A stretch of 64,000 nt of DNA, from assembly GCA_021836035.1 (NCBI GenBank), contig JAKBJL010000002.1, positions 3,691-67,690 on the forward strand. Reading direction: 5' to 3'. The notes under the pieces are model-generated. The model made no database searches and had not been told where the DNA came from. It saw nothing but the letters and a program-made list of their open reading frames with translations. This document shows, in pieces, positions 37,454-47,519 of the stretch. The translations under genes and the position numbers were made by a program. Position 1 is the stretch's first letter. Every line of letters begins with the position of its first letter. This stretch comes from a bacterium. Lineage in GTDB: Bacteria > Patescibacteriota > Microgenomatia > JAMCZE01.

Positions 37454-38747
37454 CTCCTTACACATTCTACTCCTTTCTGCCCTGAAATTTACCGCCTGGC
37501 CGGAGGATTTATTATGGCCTTACCTTAACCTGCACGGGTTAAATTATTACCGGGAAATATTTTTGCTCTACCCCCCGCTCTACTGGTTAAGCCTGACCGT
37601 TTTTCTTAAACTGGCCGGCTTATCGATACTTTCCCTAAAAATTGCCACTTATGCAGTCGTGATTGCCACCGACCTATTGCTTTGGCGGGCAGCTTCCCGT
37701 AAATTGCTCCCGGTGCTTTTCTATATTCCTCTGCAGATATTTTTTGAAGGCAACGGTTTATGGGTAGACCAGCTGCTGGCCCCCCTTCTTCTGGCCGCTT
37801 ATTTGTTTTACCAGCGGCGGAGCTTCTTTTTCAGCGGAGTTTTTCTAGGTTTAGCCCTTATGTCCAAACAAACCGCGCTTTATTTCCTCATGGTCACGGG
37901 CTTAATGCTGCTTTCCGCTAAACCTTTTGCCCTCTCCTGGTTTAAATTCTTGGGCGGTTTGTTCTTCACCCTTTTGGTTATTATCGGCTATTTAGCTTTT
38001 AACCGGGAATTGGCCGGTTTTTTTGACAACGCCGTTATTTACGTTCTCTTCTTTCTTTCCCGGCAACCCTTGCGGGTGCAATGGCCGTCCCCCGGACAAG
38101 CTCTTACGGTTCTAATCGTTGTGCTGCCCGTCGTCTTAACTTTTTGGAAAAGATCTAACCGCTCCCTGGCTTTATTGACCGTTAGCGCGGCTCTGGGAGC
38201 TTTCAACCGCTTTGAATATTTTCATCTGCAGCCGGCCTTGCCGTTTTTAGCCCTTTATTACAATAAAAACAGGAGGGCTGCTTTTCCTCTTTACGCGCTT
38301 TTTTTGCTTTTATTTTTACGCTTCTTTCTTTTTAATTGGGGTATGGAAAACCGTTTTTTTACTGCGGATATTACGGCAAACGCGAAAAAGCTTACGACCT
38401 ACCTTAAGCCGGGGGAGCAAACGTTAATTATCAACACCTGGGATCATTATTATTTTTTAACCCAAACGCGCCCCCTCAACCGCTATTTTGTTCCTTCCAC
38501 CCCCTGGAGCCTGGATTACGACGCTATCCAGGAAAAGATCGCAAAAGGCATCAGGCGCTGCCGCCCCCCGACCATCGTTTATAATCCCTGTTTTGCGGTG
38601 GGTAAATCCTGTTATTTTCCCGCCGCCGTAGATAAAGAGATCCGGGAAAATTACCGGGAAGTTTCAAAATTGGCCGATGGGACCGGTATTTTTCAATATA
38701 ATCCAATGGGTTTGCCGCAAAAAGTCCAGACCGAAAATTGTCAGTAA
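37431..38747 (+). CDS. GT-C-like multi-TM membrane protein (opposite strand to the cluster)
   Basis: FTAWPE, YPPL, SKQ, FHLQPALP; 438-codon frame with many TM helices; no long competing minus-strand ORF. Confidence 0.8.
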   Translation: MGKLILAISLHILLLSALKFTAWPEDLLWPYLNLHGLNYYREIFLLYPPLYWLSLTVFLKLAGLSILSLKIATYAVVIATDLLLWRAASRKLLPVLFYIPLQIFFEGNGLWVDQLLAPLLLAAYLFYQRRSFFFSGVFLGLALMSKQTALYFLMVTGLMLLSAKPFALSWFKFLGGLFFTLLVIIGYLAFNRELAGFFDNAVIYVLFFLSRQPLRVQWPSPGQALTVLIVVLPVVLTFWKRSNRSLALLTVSAALGAFNRFEYFHLQPALPFLALYYNKNRRAAFPLYALFLLLFLRFFLFNWGMENRFFTADITANAKKLTTYLKPGEQTLIINTWDHYYFLTQTRPLNRYFVPSTPWSLDYDAIQEKIAKGIRRCRPPTIVYNPCFAVGKSCYFPAAVDKEIRENYREVSKLADGTGIFQYNPMGLPQKVQTENCQ

Positions 38748-39761
38748 TAAATATACCGCCAGGATAATATAACTTTTGTAACTTTTCCCGACCGCCGTGG
38801 CGTAAATCATAGTTATCCCCGGGAGAGCCAGGGCCAAATAGTAAGAAGACATATGCCCGGGAAGAAAATAAAAAGGCAATCCGGCGGTAAGAAACCAGAG
38901 AAGGCCCAGTAGAAATAAGCGCGGGTCATAACGTTTGCGGAAATAGGTATAAAGATTAACCGCCATTAAAATTAAAAATACAGCCAGCAGCAGATAAATA
39001 ACGGGGCTGTCGGGGTTATTCCTGATTCCTTCCGGTAAATCAAAAACCCGCAAGAGATACCAGCGCAGGGTGCCCAAGACCTGGAAATTGAATTTTAAAG
39101 TATAGTCCGCTACTTTCGGGAAGCCGATAAAAATAACCCGGAAAAATAAAAGGAGTCCGTCCAATAACCAAAATCCTGCTAACTTTTGCCGGTTCCCCTC
39201 TCTTAAATACCAGCTGCAAAGAGAAAAAATCGCCGGCAGAACAAAAGCCATTTCGTTGCTGCCCAAAGCCAAAAGAAACATGAGGAGACATAAAACCACA
39301 AAGACAAATCCCTGAAGGAGAAAAAAATAAATTGCGCCGAAGAAAAATAAAGCGCCCAAACTGAAATAAGAAGTGGCTATCCAGTAGAATTCGGCAAAGA
39401 GGGAAATATTTAAGGCATAAAAAAAGACCGCGCTGAGGGCCTTATTTTCTTCTCTAAATAATATTTTCATAATCCGGAAAAGGAAAAACAAACTACCCGC
39501 AAAGGCAAAAAACAAGAGCAAATGGTAACCCACAGGATTATTTCCAAAGAGAAAATTCCCCAGGGAATAAAAAACCTGGATCGCAATCGGCCGGTAGGGA
39601 AAGTGCGGTATGGCGGTAAAAACACCCGTCGTTTGAGCCAAACGCATCAGTATTCTGTCATCCTGAAAAAAGCGGGAGGTAAAAGAGTCGCGGTAAATAA
39701 AGGCTACCAAAGAAACCAGGACAAAGAGGCGGACTTGTGGAAATTTAAACCAATTCTTCAT
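38664..39761 (-). CDS. GT-C-like membrane protein
   Basis: FFQDD, YRP, SNE motifs; multi-TM. Confidence 0.7.
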   Translation of the reverse strand: MKNWFKFPQVRLFVLVSLVAFIYRDSFTSRFFQDDRILMRLAQTTGVFTAIPHFPYRPIAIQVFYSLGNFLFGNNPVGYHLLLFFAFAGSLFFLFRIMKILFREENKALSAVFFYALNISLFAEFYWIATSYFSLGALFFFGAIYFFLLQGFVFVVLCLLMFLLALGSNEMAFVLPAIFSLCSWYLREGNRQKLAGFWLLDGLLLFFRVIFIGFPKVADYTLKFNFQVLGTLRWYLLRVFDLPEGIRNNPDSPVIYLLLAVFLILMAVNLYTYFRKRYDPRLFLLGLLWFLTAGLPFYFLPGHMSSYYLALALPGITMIYATAVGKSYKSYIILAVYLLLTIFGLDFLRQTHWIILKNTGPIGQF

Positions 39762-40896
39762 AGACCTTTAAAGTTTCCCGCGCGGTTTTGGCCCAGGAAA
39801 AATTACCGGCCTGCCGCAAACCGGCCGTTTTTCGGTCTTCCCTTTCCCGGTTTCCCAGCCGTAAAATTTGGCTCATTTTCTCCGCAATCTCCCCTAAATC
39901 TTCCGGGTTAACATAAAAAGCCGCATCTGCGCCTACCTCCGGTAAACTACCCGTGTTTGAGGTAATTACCGGACAACCGCAAGCCATGGCCTCGAGGACC
40001 GGCACCCCGAACCCTTCGTAAAGACTGGGATAAACAAACGCCGCCGCTCCGCTGTAAAGCGCCGGCAAATCCTCCTGGGGAACAAAACCCAACATCTTGA
40101 TCGTTTTATTATTTTTATTAACTTTATTCACGCTACCCCACCCATAATTGCCGCCCCAAACCAAGTCAACCCCCCCTGTCTCCAGCTGCCGGAAAGCTTC
40201 CCCTACCCTGTCGAGGTTCTTCCTCGGTTCCCGGGTCCCGATACATAAAAAATATTTATTCTCCAGCCGGTATTTTTTTCTTACCGCTTCCACTTCGGCT
40301 AAGGGTTTCGGCGTAAATTCCCTTCCGGCCGCCAGATAAATCACCCTAACTTTCTCCTCGGGGATATTCAATATTTCTCGCAGGTCTTTTTTGGTCGCCA
40401 GCGAGTCCGCGATAATCAGGTCGCATTCGTTTTTAACCCACCGCAGGCGCCGCTTTTGAACGGCGACAATATTTGCTGAGGGGGCAAAAACGTCGGTCCG
40501 GAACTGCGTTTTCGCGTGCGAGGATTGCGGATATTTATAAACCACCAGGTCGTGAACGGTGGTAACCTTCCGGGCTCCGGTGGGCGGCTGGATCCAGTCG
40601 CTGGAATGAAACACATCAACTCCCCCGATCAGACGCTCAAGGGGAAGTACATGCAGCCGGTTCCAGAGAGTTTCCAGGAAACTGGGCGGGAAACCAAACA
40701 ATTTTTCGGAGCAGTTTCCCCCGGATAAAGATCGGGTGAAATTTTCCAGTACCTTTTTCCGCCGCAGACTGGAACCGAAAAGAACGTAACGGTTGTCCTG
40801 GTCGTTTTTAAGCAACTCCCGGACAAGGTTCTCCGTATAGCTAGCTACCCCGGTGCCCGGGAATGCCAACTGGCTGATATCAATCCCTATTTTCAT
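39745..40896 (-). CDS. GT4 glycosyltransferase
   Basis: TTVHDL, GTREPRKNL, PSLYEGFGVPVLEAM. Confidence 0.9.
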   Translation of the reverse strand: MKIGIDISQLAFPGTGVASYTENLVRELLKNDQDNRYVLFGSSLRRKKVLENFTRSLSGGNCSEKLFGFPPSFLETLWNRLHVLPLERLIGGVDVFHSSDWIQPPTGARKVTTVHDLVVYKYPQSSHAKTQFRTDVFAPSANIVAVQKRRLRWVKNECDLIIADSLATKKDLREILNIPEEKVRVIYLAAGREFTPKPLAEVEAVRKKYRLENKYFLCIGTREPRKNLDRVGEAFRQLETGGVDLVWGGNYGWGSVNKVNKNNKTIKMLGFVPQEDLPALYSGAAAFVYPSLYEGFGVPVLEAMACGCPVITSNTGSLPEVGADAAFYVNPEDLGEIAEKMSQILRLGNREREDRKTAGLRQAGNFSWAKTARETLKVYEELV

Positions 40897-42185
40897 AAGC
40901 GATAAGTCCAGACAACTACGCCGTTAAAATTCCTTTCGCTGGCTTTTTGAAAACCCGCGCTTTCTATAGCCAACCTTTCCCTATCCTGAGGATCAAATAT
41001 TTCCTGGACGTAGCGCAGTAAATAAACATTACCCGTCGGGTTAAGCGTTAAATTATTTTTATCCTCTATTTGCAAATTATGACGGTAATAATAAAGCGGG
41101 GCTGCCTGTGCCAGGCTGGGGATAACCGCCCTGCCGCCGTTACTTTCCATATACGCCACCGCTCCGCGCCAGTCTTCCCGCCAGAAACGCGGATGGAGAT
41201 TAAAAAAGACAAGGCTGGCAAAACTAACGGCTATGACCGCCCCGGGAGCCCAGGAATAGCGGCTTGCTCCGTAGGCTACCAAAAGCAGGAAGGCCGGTAA
41301 GACGAAAAGGAAACGGAAATAGGAAAAAACCGGGACGATTAAGGAAAGTAGATATCCCAAGCCCAACGGGATCAGCAACCAAAACCAGAGGGTGCGCTCT
41401 TTTGCCCCTTTTATTAACCAGAGATAAAACAGAGCCGGAATCCCGAAAACTAGCGCATATAAAACTTTATTATCCAGGGTAATCCTCCCGACGGTAAATT
41501 TAACCAAAGTGAGCGGCAGGGCTTTTAAACTGAACCCGCCGACTACCTCCCGCCAGGCCGGATTATTTCCGGCCAAAGTCCACCCGGCGCCGAGTTGACG
41601 GAAAAGAAAGGGCAGCCAGGGAAGCAGAAAAATAAACAACAAAAGAAAAGATTTTAAAAAGTTTTTGCGGTCTTTGGCTAAAAGCAAAAACACCGGCAAC
41701 ATTAACCAGGTAAGATAGTCCGTATATAAGGCGATTAACAAAGTAAGGATAAACAGGTTTCGCTTCCCGGCGAGATAAAAATATACTGCCATGGCAACCG
41801 CCAGCATTGCCAGGGCATACATGCGGGCTTCCTGAGAATAATAAACCGCCAGCGGATTTACGGCCAAAAACGCCGCCGCCCATAATCCCGTTTGCCGATT
41901 AAAAAGTTTTTTCCCTATTAAATACACCATAAAACAGGCGGCGACACCGAAAATCACGGACGGCAAACGGCTGGCAATTTCCGAAAAGCCCCAAAAGGAA
42001 TCCCAGAATTTGAGCCCTAAATAATAGAGGGGCGGGTGAAAATCCCCGGGGGAGAACCGGGTAATTAAAGCGGCATAGGAATAATTTTTGGCCGCCAGAA
42101 CGCTGATTGCCTCATCCAGCCAAAGAGACTGGTTAAGATTGACCAGCCGGATAATAAATCCGAGAAATAATATCAGATAAATCAT
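40893..42185 (-). CDS. GT-C (GT39/PMT_2-like) glycosyltransferase
   Basis: SLWLDEA, HPPLYY, SQEARMY, EDWR. Confidence 0.85.
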   Translation of the reverse strand: MIYLILFLGFIIRLVNLNQSLWLDEAISVLAAKNYSYAALITRFSPGDFHPPLYYLGLKFWDSFWGFSEIASRLPSVIFGVAACFMVYLIGKKLFNRQTGLWAAAFLAVNPLAVYYSQEARMYALAMLAVAMAVYFYLAGKRNLFILTLLIALYTDYLTWLMLPVFLLLAKDRKNFLKSFLLLFIFLLPWLPFLFRQLGAGWTLAGNNPAWREVVGGFSLKALPLTLVKFTVGRITLDNKVLYALVFGIPALFYLWLIKGAKERTLWFWLLIPLGLGYLLSLIVPVFSYFRFLFVLPAFLLLVAYGASRYSWAPGAVIAVSFASLVFFNLHPRFWREDWRGAVAYMESNGGRAVIPSLAQAAPLYYYRHNLQIEDKNNLTLNPTGNVYLLRYVQEIFDPQDRERLAIESAGFQKASERNFNGVVVWTYRL

Positions 42186-43012
42186 TATTTAGATTTCGGT
42201 TCTTTGAAAAACGAGAATAGCACGCTGACAGAAACGGCCGTGTCATAAATAATCTTAAAAGGAAGGCAGACCGGCTCCCGGAATTTTAATGCCCCGTAAG
42301 CGCCCTTAAATACGGAAAGTAAAGGACAATAGCGCCAGAGGTTATAAAATTTCCGCACCGTATTTCCTGTCAGAAATTCATTTTTCCCGAACCACCTGGC
42401 CTGTCGCCAAACTTCCCCGGGACTCTCAGGATTGCGGTGATAATATTTTGCTCCCGGGGCAACCACCGCCATGGTCCCTAATTTTCTGGCTAAAGTCCAG
42501 TCGTCAGTATAACCGATATTTGCGTCAAAACCGCCCGCTTCCTCAAATTTTGACTTTAAAATCGCCCGGAAAACATGTTGGGTATCCGGATAATTATCGG
42601 GATGCATTTTTTCGGCCAAGCGTCCCAAGTTAAGGTTCCAGCAGCGCGCCCAGGGATTATTTTTATTCAGTAAATATTCTTCTTTGCTAAAAGTTCCGAT
42701 GGTTTTACCGTTTCTTATGGGTTCTGTCAGCTTCTCCAAAAAATCCGGCGCAAATTCCATATCCGCATCCGCGAAAATTAAAATTTCTCCCCGTGCCTTT
42801 TCCGCTCCCAAATTTCTGGCCGCTCCCGGTCCCGCGTGCTTTTGCCGCAGTAAAAGGAAATTATTAATTTTATCGGCTGTTTTATCGGTGCTGCCGTCGT
42901 CTATTACTATCACTTCCGTCTCTTTTGCCACCGTTTGTTTAGCCAGGCTCTCCAAACATTTAGTAATGACATTTTCCTCGTTAAAAACCGGAATAATGAC
43001 GGAGTATTTCAT
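42185..43012 (-). CDS. GT2 glycosyltransferase
   Basis: SVIIPVFNE, IDDGSTD, ARNLG, FADAD. Confidence 0.9.
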   Translation of the reverse strand: MKYSVIIPVFNEENVITKCLESLAKQTVAKETEVIVIDDGSTDKTADKINNFLLLRQKHAGPGAARNLGAEKARGEILIFADADMEFAPDFLEKLTEPIRNGKTIGTFSKEEYLLNKNNPWARCWNLNLGRLAEKMHPDNYPDTQHVFRAILKSKFEEAGGFDANIGYTDDWTLARKLGTMAVVAPGAKYYHRNPESPGEVWRQARWFGKNEFLTGNTVRKFYNLWRYCPLLSVFKGAYGALKFREPVCLPFKIIYDTAVSVSVLFSFFKEPKSK

Positions 43013-44088
43013 AACTCGTTGATTAATTTTTCGTATTGCAGATAAATATTGCTCCAGTCAAACCGGTCCGCGTTGACCAGAATACTTTTCCGGTCTTTAA
43101 TCTTTAACGCCCTTGTTAAAGCATCGGCATATTTATCCGTATCTTCGGGATTTATAAATAGGCCCGCTTCTCCTAAAATCCATCTCGCCCGCGGGGCATC
43201 GGTCGTCACCACGGCTTTCCCGGCAGCCATCGCTTCAAGATATACCATCGGCGAATTCTCCTGGGGAAGAGACGGCAGGGTAACCAGATCGGCGGCCGCA
43301 TAATACTCCGGCATCTCCGTATAAGAAACCGTAAAACTGGCAAAGCGTCCCGGACCAAGGAGCTTTTCTCCCAATTCTTTAATCTCCTCCCCCACATACC
43401 CTTCTCCCAAATGCAGGAGGCTGCCCTTTTTTAATCTGGCTACCGCCGCAATCGCCAAATCGATACGTTTATAAGGAACGGCGGCGGAGGGACAAAGTAT
43501 CAGGGGGCGTTCCAGGTCTAGGCTTCGCGGTTTTGCCTGGGAAAAACGAGACAGATCAACCCCATATGGAATCAGGGTTACTTTTGTCCAGGGAGAAACT
43601 TGTTTCGCCCAACTCTGCGTCGGACCGGTGGTCGCAACAAAAATATCGGGTTTTAACCATAAATTCCACTTATCGTCCCAATACGGTCCGGAATGGCCGG
43701 TAATCAGGATTTTGCCGCCGCAAAACAGGGTAATTACCTTACAAAGCAAAACTTGCCAAAAGCCGTTCAGGGGTATCAGCAAATCAAACTTTCCCCTCCA
43801 TAGGTAAGGGAAAGCCGTAAGAGAAAAGTCCAGAACCGACAACGCCGCTTGGTCGAGGAACAGTTTCTTTAAAAGATTATGCCAGGCGTCGGGATAACTG
43901 CCCTGATGGGGTTGGACTACCGGAGCATTTATCCTGACCACCTTATACTTCTCGTCGCCGCGGGGCTCCCCTCCGTAAAAAAAGAACACCTCGTGCTCGC
44001 CGCTTAACCTTCCGGCCAGTTCCTGGGCAAAACTTTCGGCTCCCCGGTTGTTTACCCCGCTGTAAATGTTTAAAAAAGCAATTTTCAC
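43009..44088 (-). CDS. GT4 glycosyltransferase
   Basis: RGAE, YKRID, ENSPMVYLEAM. Confidence 0.85.
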   Translation of the reverse strand: MKIAFLNIYSGVNNRGAESFAQELAGRLSGEHEVFFFYGGEPRGDEKYKVVRINAPVVQPHQGSYPDAWHNLLKKLFLDQAALSVLDFSLTAFPYLWRGKFDLLIPLNGFWQVLLCKVITLFCGGKILITGHSGPYWDDKWNLWLKPDIFVATTGPTQSWAKQVSPWTKVTLIPYGVDLSRFSQAKPRSLDLERPLILCPSAAVPYKRIDLAIAAVARLKKGSLLHLGEGYVGEEIKELGEKLLGPGRFASFTVSYTEMPEYYAAADLVTLPSLPQENSPMVYLEAMAAGKAVVTTDAPRARWILGEAGLFINPEDTDKYADALTRALKIKDRKSILVNADRFDWSNIYLQYEKLINEL

Positions 44089-44882
44089 AGTAATTTTCTT
44101 TTTAGCCTTTTAAGGGGTGTGGCCAGCATACTTAACAAATATTCTCCGTCATCCATTTTCACCCAGGGAGAAGGAGCTATTTCGGGCCCGGGCAGAGAAA
44201 ATACCTCCGGAAATTCCGCTTTGTCCCCAACCGTTATCCCTATTTCGTATTTTCTTTTCCGCCAGCCCTTGACGCTTTCCCGACTCCCCGATCGCTTCAG
44301 ATGGGTCAGGTGCCAGTAATAAGCGTCGAAAAAACGAAGGTGCTCTTCCTGATTATTCACCGGCCGGCCTTCGCCGTCCGTGTACGCCTCCAGGGGGTAA
44401 TTCCCCCGCCAGGAAAATCCCGGCAGTTTGCGGTACGCCCGGATTGTCAGATGGCCCTTGCGGCCTAATAGGCGATAATTTCCCGCCTCTTCCGGTAAAT
44501 AATGGTAGATATCGCCGACACAATTTCTGGTCCGCATCGCTACCCCGTAAATTTCGGGGCCGGCCCTTTCCAGCAATTGCCGTAAAGCCCGGAGGGTTTT
44601 TTCGTTCCAAACCTCGTCTCCGTCTAAAAGCATAAACCAGTCCGTTTCCGTCTCCCGGATCATGGTATTTCGGGCCCGGGTATGATCCTCTGGGGAATTT
44701 AGAGAACCGCTGTCAAACTTAATCTTGGGATCCTTAATCATTTTAATTATTTCGGCGGTATGGTCGGTGGAGTGGTCATCAAATACCAGCATGCGTTCGA
44801 CTGCATCCTTAACCGACATCAGGCTATACCAAACCCAGTTTTCTTCGTTCTTCACGATAGTATGCGTCGTAATTTTTATCAT
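44085..44882 (-). CDS. GT2 glycosyltransferase
   Basis: IVKNEE, DDHSTD, ARN, LDGDE. Confidence 0.85.
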   Translation of the reverse strand: MIKITTHTIVKNEENWVWYSLMSVKDAVERMLVFDDHSTDHTAEIIKMIKDPKIKFDSGSLNSPEDHTRARNTMIRETETDWFMLLDGDEVWNEKTLRALRQLLERAGPEIYGVAMRTRNCVGDIYHYLPEEAGNYRLLGRKGHLTIRAYRKLPGFSWRGNYPLEAYTDGEGRPVNNQEEHLRFFDAYYWHLTHLKRSGSRESVKGWRKRKYEIGITVGDKAEFPEVFSLPGPEIAPSPWVKMDDGEYLLSMLATPLKRLKRKLL

Positions 44883-46105
44883 CTGTCCCGGCTGATAAAC
44901 CAAAAAAACAACCAGAGAAAAATATTTACCGCGATAAACGTAATCGCCGCGCCGTCTGCCCCCAACGGGGGTATGAGCAGAAAATAAAGGATGACACCCA
45001 AAAATAATTGCAGGACGGAACTTAATAAATGAAGATCCGTTCTTCCCAGGTAATAAACCACCTTCGCCGTATAAGGTCCGGCCAGGGAGAAAAATACCAT
45101 GCCGATTAACAGCAGGACGAAAATACCCACGGCGCCGGCATATTTTTGTCCGAAAAGAAGATTAATTACGAAAGGCGAAAGCAACATCGCCAGAATCAGA
45201 AGCGCTACCAGCCCCGCGGTGATCCAGAGGTAATCCTTAAAGCTTTTGGTGATCTCCTTGTCACGGGAAAATTTCGGCGTGAATACCCCCTCAACGGAGG
45301 CCACTAATTGCGGAAAGACCGAAGAGAGTTTTTGGGCTGAAGAATATATCCCCGTTGCCGCCGGCCCTGCCAAAGCATAAACCAGAGGAATATCAATTTT
45401 ATTAACTATGGTGGACAAAAGGTAGGAACCGCCCAGCCAGGAACTGAATTTCATCGCCGTGACAACATTAAGCGAAAAATCCCGAAAGCTTATCAGCCAT
45501 CCCCCCTCCAGAATAAAAAGAAACGCCAGGCCGATAATTAAGGCGGAAAAATTTGCCAGAGTAAAGATTAAGAGCGCGTTTTGGGGGCTTAGGATGCCGG
45601 AAAAAACGGCCAAAAGCGCCAGGGCAATCCGGACGGCATTGCCGCAAATATTGGTAATCACAAAGTGATAGTACTTTTGCTTTGCTAAAAACGACTGGGT
45701 TACCATAGAGAGGGTTAAAAGAGAAAAAGCGATCAGCGCGGAATTTATAAGGCCAGCCTGAAAAATCAATTCTCCGACCAGCGCCAGAAGGAAAAATAAC
45801 GCCGAGATGATAAGCGCTTCGCTTATTGCTACGGTAAAAACCTGCCGGAATTTTTCACTGTGACCGAATTTGATAATAGACGCGCCGAAACCCAAATCCC
45901 CCAGCCCGGCCGCCAGGACACCGATACCCAGGATGTAGGAGAAATATCCGAAATCGGCTAAAGTCAAATTCCGCAGTACCAAAGTATAGAAAGCCAGGCC
46001 GAGAAGCGAGTTTAAAATCGTTCCGAGGGCCAATACAGCGCTGGATCTGCTGTTACTTCCCAGGTAGTGTGTCAACAATAAGGCGAATGTTTTCCGGCTG
46101 AACAT
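44879..46105 (-). CDS. Wzx-like oligosaccharide flippase
   Basis: Many TM helices, DFGYF, DLG, KID...GIYSSAQKL, LIPPLGADGAA. Confidence 0.85.
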   Translation of the reverse strand: MFSRKTFALLLTHYLGSNSRSSAVLALGTILNSLLGLAFYTLVLRNLTLADFGYFSYILGIGVLAAGLGDLGFGASIIKFGHSEKFRQVFTVAISEALIISALFFLLALVGELIFQAGLINSALIAFSLLTLSMVTQSFLAKQKYYHFVITNICGNAVRIALALLAVFSGILSPQNALLIFTLANFSALIIGLAFLFILEGGWLISFRDFSLNVVTAMKFSSWLGGSYLLSTIVNKIDIPLVYALAGPAATGIYSSAQKLSSVFPQLVASVEGVFTPKFSRDKEITKSFKDYLWITAGLVALLILAMLLSPFVINLLFGQKYAGAVGIFVLLLIGMVFFSLAGPYTAKVVYYLGRTDLHLLSSVLQLFLGVILYFLLIPPLGADGAAITFIAVNIFLWLFFWFISRDR

Positions 46106-47519
46106 TAAATTCTACCAGCTTTTCCGGGGGCAGAACCGGTATTTTTTTATCATACAGCCAGGAAAAGTAGGGGTCCATATACGAGCGGGCAGGCTCAACT
46201 CCGAAGTAAGAAAAAAGATAGCGAAAACCGTATATTTCGCAGGCATCATGGCTTTTAGCTTCTAAAACAAAAGGTAACTTCCCAACCTGACCGATGGCCA
46301 CTCTTACTGCTTCTATTTTAACATTATAAGAGAAGCTCCGTCGGGCCCTGTTTAAATTGGTTAAATTCAACACGGCAAATATTCCCAGGGCGCCGAGCAA
46401 CAAAACGCGCCCGAACTTCTTTCCCGCCAGCGGTTCTAAGGTAAAACCGCAGAGCAAAAAAAGCGGTACAAACCCGGGCTCAAAAAAGTATTCCGGCAGA
46501 TTACCTTTATAAATAATTAAACCGGCTAAAGTGCTGAAAACCAACAGAAGCAATAACCTGATTGCCGGAACATTTCTTCCCCGATAAACCAAAAATATTC
46601 CCGTCATCACCAAAAGGATGTCTACCCACCATGGTGAGATACCTCTACGCGGATAATAAGCCGGACAAAGAGTTTGTTCGATCGCCAGGTCGTTTGCCGG
46701 AAAATAAAAAAGACGCGAAGTGCTGCTCCCGAAGCCGGAAACTATAGCAAGCAAACGTGTTCCGACCGGGTAAGCCCCCCCGGAAGAAGTGGTAATATAG
46801 CCGGCCAGAGCGCGGCTATTAATAAAATTATGCCTTAATTCAAAGATAGCCAGGGGGGTCTGTAATAATATAAATAGTACTATAGCGATAACTACGAATC
46901 TGCTCTTTAGGGGGAGACGGAAATAAATCCAGGCTATAAGGGTAAACAATAAAAGGGCCATGCCGGTACCATGCGCGTGGAAAGCCAAAGCTAAAACCGC
47001 CGCCAGCGGAATCGCAAACTTAACTCTCTTGTGCCAAATTTCCCAAATAAACCAGATCGTTAAAGTGGCAAGAATCGGCGTCAGGGAGGCATTCCAGTAG
47101 TGGCGGTCGAAAAGGGACATTAAGAATGAAGCGGCGTATAAGAAAGAGGCTATTAGGCCCGCCGCATAATTAAATATTTTTCGGCCGACATAAAAAAGAA
47201 GAAAGGTATTGATAATCCCCAGGAAAGCAACCGTTAGGCCGAATCCCAAAGGATTTCCCGCAAACAGCTTCGCCGGTAGCGCCATTAAATAGACAAATAA
47301 AGGGCCGGAATAAAGGCCGGTCCCGGCGATATGCCCCCCGATCAGAGGAAAATGGTAACCGGTGGCAATATTGTACGGAAGATAACTCCAATACTCCTCA
47401 TCCATGGTCCAATGAAATAATTCCGCGAAACGGTATAGCCGAAAAAAGGCGGCCAGGAGAACTATTAAGCAAACCGGCAGCCAGGAAACAATAGGGGGAA
47501 TCTTAATTTTTGCTTTCAT
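46053..47519 (-). CDS. GT-C membrane glycosyltransferase
   Basis: FRLYRF...MDEE, GPLFVYL, WNAS; multi-TM. Confidence 0.75.
   Translation of the reverse strand: MKAKIKIPPIVSWLPVCLIVLLAAFFRLYRFAELFHWTMDEEYWSYLPYNIATGYHFPLIGGHIAGTGLYSGPLFVYLMALPAKLFAGNPLGFGLTVAFLGIINTFLLFYVGRKIFNYAAGLIASFLYAASFLMSLFDRHYWNASLTPILATLTIWFIWEIWHKRVKFAIPLAAVLALAFHAHGTGMALLLFTLIAWIYFRLPLKSRFVVIAIVLFILLQTPLAIFELRHNFINSRALAGYITTSSGGAYPVGTRLLAIVSGFGSSTSRLFYFPANDLAIEQTLCPAYYPRRGISPWWVDILLVMTGIFLVYRGRNVPAIRLLLLLVFSTLAGLIIYKGNLPEYFFEPGFVPLFLLCGFTLEPLAGKKFGRVLLLGALGIFAVLNLTNLNRARRSFSYNVKIEAVRVAIGQVGKLPFVLEAKSHDACEIYGFRYLFSYFGVEPARSYMDPYFSWLYDKKIPVLPPEKLVEFNVQPENIRLIVDTLPGK

Noticed and set aside
37400-38780. Recombinase-driven invertible segment
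   Set aside because: No inverted repeats found by eye, no invertase nearby, and coding overlaps at both ends argue for a fixed arrangement.
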